From: Verrucomicrobiia bacterium
GTDB lineage: Bacteria; Verrucomicrobiota; Verrucomicrobiia; Palsa-1439
Assembly (NCBI GenBank): GCA_050013395.1
Contig: JBEKFI010000008.1
Location: 1 to 54,852 of the forward strand
Length of the DNA: 54,852 nt
Reading direction: 5' to 3'
The position numbers and the translations under genes are program-made. Position 1 is the stretch's first letter. Each line of letters begins with the position of its first letter. The notes beneath the pieces are model-generated. The model did not search any database and was not told the DNA's origin. It saw only the letters and a program-made list of their open reading frames with translations. Shown one piece after another: positions 49,452 to 54,852 of this stretch.

Positions 49452-50357
49452 ATGTTAATCTCAATTGTCACGCCAAGCTTCGGCAACTCGAACTGGCTCA
49501 AGTTGTGCGTTGCTTCCGTCGCTGATCAGGAGGGGGTTCAAGTCGAGCACATCGTGCAGGACGCGGGTTCTGACGATGGGACGCTGGATTGGCTGCCACA
49601 CGACCGGCGCGTGCAAGCTTATGTTGAGAAAGACGCTGGCATGTACGACGCCGTCAACCGAGGCCTGCGCAGGTCCACCGGCGAGATCCTCGCGTATCTG
49701 AACTGCGACGAGCAGTACCTGCCCGGCGCGCTCAAGGCGGTGTATGATTTTTTCATGGTGCACCCGGAGGTCGAGGTGGTGTTTGCCCATGCCGTTGTCG
49801 TGGACGCCCGTGGCGAGTTCATTTGTTATCGCAAAGTCGTCTTGCCGCACAAGCATCATGTGATGGTCTGCCATTTGCCGGTGCTCACCTGCGCCACGTT
49901 TTTCCGCCGACGCGTGATTGACCAGTATGGTCTGTTGTTCGACACTCGCTGGCGGATTACGGGGGATGCCGACTGGATGATCCGTCTGCTGGAGCGGGGC
50001 GTCCAGATGCGGATCCTGTCCCGGTTTACCTCAGCGTTTACGAACACTGGTGCGAACCTGGATAGGACGCCTCGCGCGGATTACGAACGACAGGAAATGT
50101 TCAACGCGGCCCCCTTTTGGGCAAGGAAAATGGCCCTCGGTCTGCATGCCGTTCATTGGTTGCGCCGCGGCCTGCACGGCAATTACTGCCAGCGGCCGTT
50201 CGACTACGCGATCTACACGCTTGACAGTCCGACGCGACGTGGCGCCTTTCACGTCGCCCACCCAACGTTCCTGTGGAAGGAACGCTTTCGAATGGGCGTT
50301 GCCAGTACCGTCCGCCTGTCCGTGCGCGGAACCAAGGCGAACCGAAGAGCTTCGTGA
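49452..50357 (+). CDS. GT2 glycosyltransferase
   Basis: ISIVTPSF, DAGSDDGT, GMYDAVNRG, YLNCDE. Confidence 0.92.
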   Translation: MLISIVTPSFGNSNWLKLCVASVADQEGVQVEHIVQDAGSDDGTLDWLPHDRRVQAYVEKDAGMYDAVNRGLRRSTGEILAYLNCDEQYLPGALKAVYDFFMVHPEVEVVFAHAVVVDARGEFICYRKVVLPHKHHVMVCHLPVLTCATFFRRRVIDQYGLLFDTRWRITGDADWMIRLLERGVQMRILSRFTSAFTNTGANLDRTPRADYERQEMFNAAPFWARKMALGLHAVHWLRRGLHGNYCQRPFDYAIYTLDSPTRRGAFHVAHPTFLWKERFRMGVASTVRLSVRGTKANRRAS

Positions 50358-50689
50358 ACGACGGGCGGAGGCAAAGCCTCGGTGGTTTGCCGGCATGCAT
50401 GCTAATGTCAAGCTTGGGCCACGACGCCGAGCAAACCGAAACGGGGGTGTCGGTCTGCCGGGACAGCCCGGCAGCGGACAGACTTCGCACTTGTAGTCAG
50501 TGCAGTGATTGCGTTACAAGCGGCGGCGTGAAGATTCTGATGCTTGGCGATGGCACCGGGCGCATCCGCAAGGTTATGTCGATTCGCCCGCCGCGACGAG
50601 AAAACCACATGGCCGGCGGTTGCCAACGCCGAGTTGCAGTTGTATGGTATCAGGAAATCGTCTGGAACATCTTGTCGAGATGACCATCA

Positions 50690-52243
50690 GTGAAACTGGA
50701 ACGAGTCCATGACCATCGCCTCTCCGAGCGCGAGCTGCTGAGCCGGTGGGGACCACTCGGCTTGGGCCTCCTGATCGCGATCGTGTTCGGCTACTGGATT
50801 GGCGCCGGGCAACAGCCGTTGCTGATTCTGAGCGGGGCGGTCTGCGTGGCAGCGTTCGTCATGATCGCCATGCAGAAACGGGCCTGGGTACTGATTATGT
50901 TCGGCTGGTTGTTCACGGGAAACCTGCTGGTGTTGCGGTTGCCCTTTGCGGTGCGCGACTTGATGGTCATGCTGGCCCTCGGCGCGTACATCGGCTACCG
51001 CGTGATATCGCAGAGAACCGTGCGCGCGGGCGGGAACCTGATCGACATGCTGCTGGCCGTGCATCTTGTTTATTTGGTATTCGGGTGGGCGTTGCATCCC
51101 GTCGGTTTCCGCGTGATGGGCGCTGAAACCATCGGTGCGCGAGCGTACGTGAACATCGCATTGGCAGTGATGGGTTATTGGGTGCTTGTGCACTTGCCTG
51201 ATTCGGTCAGGGCGGTATCACGCATCCCCTACTACTGGTTTGCCGCTGCCGCTGTCCTCGGCATCATGGCATTGCTGGCGCGCGTTTTCCCGTCGCTGGT
51301 ACCCTATATATACGCGTGGTACTCAGAAGTGGAGTTGAGCGGGTTTATCGAGTCGATCCGGGGTGCGCCTGAGGTTTCGCGGATCGGAGGGCTTGCCAAT
51401 ACCGGAATGTACGTGATCTTGGTGCTCTGCTCCTACTATTCGCCTGCGACGCTGATCGACCCGCGCCGGGGCAGGTTCTACGGGATGGTGATCGGCGGCG
51501 CGTGCATCTTGGCATCGGGTTTTCGTAGTTCGCTACTCCAAGCCTTGGCTGCGATCGGCATTGGCGGCTGGTTGCATCGGTGCTGGCGCGATTTGGTCGT
51601 AGGCGTGGTAGTGGGCGGCATGTTGTTGGCAGCCTTGGTGATTGGACAAGGACGGTTATACGATCTTCCCCGACCAGCGCAGCGAGCACTGTCGTTTCTA
51701 CCAGGGCAGTGGGCGCCTGAGGTGGTAGCTGATGTAACGTCGAGTTCCCAGGGCCGCTTCGAGATGTGGCGGAGGATCATTGATGAAAACCTCATTAGAG
51801 ACTGGTGGTTCGGCGAAGGTTTTGCCATCAGCGCGGCCGAACTTGCTCTGGCGGCCCGACACGGCTTTGTCGAAGCTACTTACGTGACCGGGGTATACCA
51901 CAACGGTCCGCTCTCAACGATCCGGTATGTGGGCATCATCGGGCTGATCCTGCTTTATTTTCTGACGATTACCGCAGCGATCTACTCTTACAAAACTGTG
52001 CAACGCTGTCGTGGCACGCCATTGTTTCCCGCCGCTGTATTCGTGGCGATTCACCTCATCTGGGGCCCGATTCACTATGTGTTTGTGTTCGGCAGCTACT
52101 TCAATTATCTCCCGGACCTCATCATTCAACTCGGCATCTTGCGGCTCCTGATGCGCCTCTGCGACCAGGGACTAGTGGCACCTGCGCCCGCTCCGGGCAC
52201 TGCGCCTGTAGCCGCTCGCGCAACGGAGGCCGCCTCCGCATGA
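50690..52243 (+). CDS. O-antigen ligase / Wzy polymerase-like membrane protein
   Basis: Many TM helices, SGFRS, R..MW, WWFGEG, HNGPL..GIIG. Confidence 0.82.
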   Translation: MKLERVHDHRLSERELLSRWGPLGLGLLIAIVFGYWIGAGQQPLLILSGAVCVAAFVMIAMQKRAWVLIMFGWLFTGNLLVLRLPFAVRDLMVMLALGAYIGYRVISQRTVRAGGNLIDMLLAVHLVYLVFGWALHPVGFRVMGAETIGARAYVNIALAVMGYWVLVHLPDSVRAVSRIPYYWFAAAAVLGIMALLARVFPSLVPYIYAWYSEVELSGFIESIRGAPEVSRIGGLANTGMYVILVLCSYYSPATLIDPRRGRFYGMVIGGACILASGFRSSLLQALAAIGIGGWLHRCWRDLVVGVVVGGMLLAALVIGQGRLYDLPRPAQRALSFLPGQWAPEVVADVTSSSQGRFEMWRRIIDENLIRDWWFGEGFAISAAELALAARHGFVEATYVTGVYHNGPLSTIRYVGIIGLILLYFLTITAAIYSYKTVQRCRGTPLFPAAVFVAIHLIWGPIHYVFVFGSYFNYLPDLIIQLGILRLLMRLCDQGLVAPAPAPGTAPVAARATEAASA

Positions 52244-52352
52244 ACATCCTAGTGTGGAGCAGTCGGGTGGCGAGTTTGCGGATGGGAAAATTGTATCGGG
52301 GCGCGCAACGGGAGTACGCATTGGCGGCGGTCGCCCCGCCGTCAGCCCAGCC

Positions 52353-53573
52353 ATGAGGGTGGCATGGCTAGCGCCGTATCCTGTTCAGTTGCTGGAGCCG
52401 TCGGTGCGACTGGCGAGAAGGCAGGACGCTTTTCAGTCCTGTAGCTGGATTGTCCATCTCTCCTCCGCCTTGGCTGGGCGGCAGGACATCGAACTGCATC
52501 TTGTGACGGAGAGCACGTTGGTGCCGTGTGATCAGGTGGTCGAGTCCGGCGGAATTGTGTTCCACGTGCTCAAGGCGAGTCTGCCGTTGGTCAACCGGGG
52601 GTTCCCGCCTTGGCTCCCGTTGGATGTGGTCAGCGGGTTCCGTTACAATGTGAAGCGTCAAGTGCGGGAAATCGAACGCATTGATCCGGATGTGGTGCAC
52701 CCTCATGGAACAGAGAGGGCCTATGCGATGGCTGGTGTAGCGTCCGGCTGGCCATGCGTGATCTCCATACAAGGCATTATCTCCGAGTACGTCAAGATTT
52801 ATCGCAATTGGGCGCTCGGTAGGATCGCGCGTTTGGAGGAACGCACGGTGCAAGAGGGCCGCTACTTCATCGCCCAATCGAAAGATGTCCGGAGATTCTT
52901 GGAGTCGGTGAATCCGGCGGCGCGGATCTTCGACATCGAGCTTCCAGTCGACCCTTTGTACTTCCGCGTGCGCAGGCATGAGCAATCTCAGAGGAGGATT
53001 CTGTTCGTCGGGAGTATCGAGCCTCGGAAAGGGGTTCCGGAGTTGATTAGTGGGTTTGCGGATTTCTGCCGTGATCACAAGGGCTACCGACTCATCGTGA
53101 TCGGGAATGGCAACAAGGGGTTTGTGGCGGCTATGAAGGAACTGGCAGAGTGCTGCGGAGTTGGATCGCAGGTTGAATGGCGCGGATTCCAAGTGGCCTC
53201 TCAGATTGCCCGTGAATGTGAGACTGCTGCGCTGCTGGTGGCACCTTCTCGGGCCGAGACATTCTGCTGTGTCGTCGCCGAAGGCATGGCTGCTGGTTTG
53301 CCAATTGTGGCCACGAATGTGGCCGGGATCCGTTCTGTACTGCAAGACCGTCGCACGGGTTTGCTCGTGGAATCGCAGGCCCCGGAGGCCTTGGCCTCTG
53401 CGATGCGGGAGTTGGTTGACAACCCTCTGCTTTCAGAAACCCTGGGACAGCAAGCTCGGGCAACTGCAAAACAACGATTTGACAGAGACGTTTTGGCAGC
53501 AAGAATCTATGAGGTGTATCAGGAAGTGCTCGCAAAAGAAGCGCCTAGCCCGGATTATTCACGATGCGCTTGA
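52353..53573 (+). CDS. GT4 glycosyltransferase
   Basis: HGTE, FVGSIEPRKG, ETF..VVAEGMAAG; last codons come from MITE copy E. Confidence 0.92.
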   Translation: MRVAWLAPYPVQLLEPSVRLARRQDAFQSCSWIVHLSSALAGRQDIELHLVTESTLVPCDQVVESGGIVFHVLKASLPLVNRGFPPWLPLDVVSGFRYNVKRQVREIERIDPDVVHPHGTERAYAMAGVASGWPCVISIQGIISEYVKIYRNWALGRIARLEERTVQEGRYFIAQSKDVRRFLESVNPAARIFDIELPVDPLYFRVRRHEQSQRRILFVGSIEPRKGVPELISGFADFCRDHKGYRLIVIGNGNKGFVAAMKELAECCGVGSQVEWRGFQVASQIARECETAALLVAPSRAETFCCVVAEGMAAGLPIVATNVAGIRSVLQDRRTGLLVESQAPEALASAMRELVDNPLLSETLGQQARATAKQRFDRDVLAARIYEVYQEVLAKEAPSPDYSRCA

Positions 53574-53768
53574 AAGCTCGACAGTCTGTCATAGCTCGAA
53601 CCCTCACCCTGATCCGCCTGCGCCGAGGCTTCGGCGGGCAGGCCCTCTCCCTTGGAAAGGGAGAGGGGAAATTTCCTCGCCCCGCATGCGGGGAGAGGAT
53701 CAATCCCGCTCTGAGCGGGATCAAGGTGAGGGGCAGTTCGTTGCGCAAAACTTCATGAACAAGTCCGG
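53549..53768 (+). mobile_element. MITE copy E (220 bp, with an extra 21-bp hairpin insertion)
   Basis: CTAG on both sides; extra TCCCGCTCTGAGCGGGA+TCAA relative to copy D. Confidence 0.9.
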
Positions 53769-53775
53769 CTAGGAG

Positions 53776-54083
53776 ATGAGCCTATTGGGCATTCACATTG
53801 GTCATGACAGCAGCACGTGTCTGGCGCGGGACGGGCAGATCGTTGCCGATGTGGCGGAGGGATTCCTTCAATGGTCGCCGATGGTGAAACGGGTCTGCTG
53901 GTTCCACCACGCAATCCGGAGGCGATTCTCCACTTGCTGGAGCACCCTGCCGAGCGAGTGGCGTTGGGGAAGAACGCGCGACAAGTCGCCCGCGAGCGAT
54001 ATGACCCGGAACAAGTGGCGACGGAAACACTCAAAGCCTACCGTGAAATCTTGAATTCATCCGGTTCTCCAGCAGGGATCTGA
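53776..54083 (+). pseudogene. Chimeric remnant: carbamoyltransferase N-stub plus out-of-frame GT4 C-terminus
   Basis: LGIHIGHDSSTCLARDGQIVADVAE, then GGIPSMVADGETGLLVPP...AYREIL. Confidence 0.82.
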
Positions 54084-54136
54084 CGGACGGTCGTTTGGTG
54101 GTTGAACTCCATTATTTGCTATGCTACAAGGTCGCA

Positions 54137-54852
54137 GTGAAGCAACTCGCACGCAGAATTCTTCGAAAGTTTGGCGTCGATATTGTCCGCTTCAATTCGG
54201 ACACCCACCCACTCGCACGCCGGGCACAGCTTCTCGCGACGAACGGAATCAACCTTGTGCTTGATGTGGGGGCGAATGTCGGACAGTACAGCCACGGACT
54301 GCGGGAAATTGGCTACCGTGGCCGGATCGTATCCTTTGAGCCGCTCTCGACCACTTATCAGCAGTTGACCTGTCGGGCTCGTGCTGATCGCCTTTCTTGG
54401 AAAGCATTGAATCTGGCCCTCGGCGCGACGGACACCACCAGCGAGATCAATATCGCGGGCAACTCCGAAAGCAGTTCGTTCCTCGACATGCTACCGGCGC
54501 ACCTGCACGCGGCACCAACTTCAAAGTACGTCGGCAAAGAGCGAGTCACGGTGCGGCGACTCGACTCGGTATTCTCAGAAATCTGTTCACCGAATGACAG
54601 AATCCTGCTCAAAATCGACACCCAAGGTTATGAAAAAAACGTCTTGGACGGAGCGAACGGATGTCTGCGGCACATCCAGATGGTTCAACTCGAAATGTCT
54701 CTGACGCCCTTGTACCGAAATGAATTGCTCTTTGATGAAATGCACGCTTTCCTGAAGGACAAAAGTTTGATGCTGGTCTCGTTAGAGTCTGGTTTTGTTG
54801 ACTGTAGGAGTGGACAACTGCTTCAGGTGGATGGAATCTACCAGCGCACATC
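54137..54852 (+). CDS. FkbM family methyltransferase (runs off window end)
   Basis: Manual translation from GTG 54137: VLDVGANVGQY, SFEP, LKIDTQGYE; missing from the ORF track. Confidence 0.92.
   Translation, partial: MKQLARRILRKFGVDIVRFNSDTHPLARRAQLLATNGINLVLDVGANVGQYSHGLREIGYRGRIVSFEPLSTTYQQLTCRARADRLSWKALNLALGATDTTSEINIAGNSESSSFLDMLPAHLHAAPTSKYVGKERVTVRRLDSVFSEICSPNDRILLKIDTQGYEKNVLDGANGCLRHIQMVQLEMSLTPLYRNELLFDEMHAFLKDKSLMLVSLESGFVDCRSGQLLQVDGIYQRT

Noticed and set aside
38229-53768. Inversion of the polysaccharide locus by recombination between oppositely oriented MITEs
   Set aside because: Copy C keeps its own CTAT/CTAT flanks and a restorable frame, so its flanks were not exchanged; no invertase gene is present

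Overview
GC-rich bacterial chromosome segment, probably PVC superphylum/Verrucomicrobiota (inferred from the short RpoZ type, a dnaK-groES-groEL operon with a sigma54-like promoter, and the GroEL tail). 1-30 kb is mostly housekeeping: Zn-ADH, PuuD-like hydrolase, PpiD/SurA, pdxB, dnaK-groES-groEL, rpoZ, smpB, an ABC exporter, exeA/exeB, M28 peptidase, nagA, comEC, thiD, FHA protein, DUF1802, ferredoxin, NUDIX hydrolase and a porin. 30-55 kb is a large, partly decayed surface-polysaccharide locus. I found no rRNA, tRNA or CRISPR array. The most striking unexplained structure is a nested hierarchy of short repeats. There are five copies of a 171-220 bp MITE with CC termini and 4-bp CTAN target duplications, several REP-like families, and 17-30 bp hairpin units. 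The hairpin units sit inside the MITEs, inside REPs, and in-frame inside a protein; REP-like palindromes sit in-frame in PdxB and extend ExeB. A second recurring pattern is genes collapsed to fused N- and C-terminal stubs, including a possible Cas12b N-terminal stub beside dnaK. All family assignments come from motif recognition by eye; no database searches were run.
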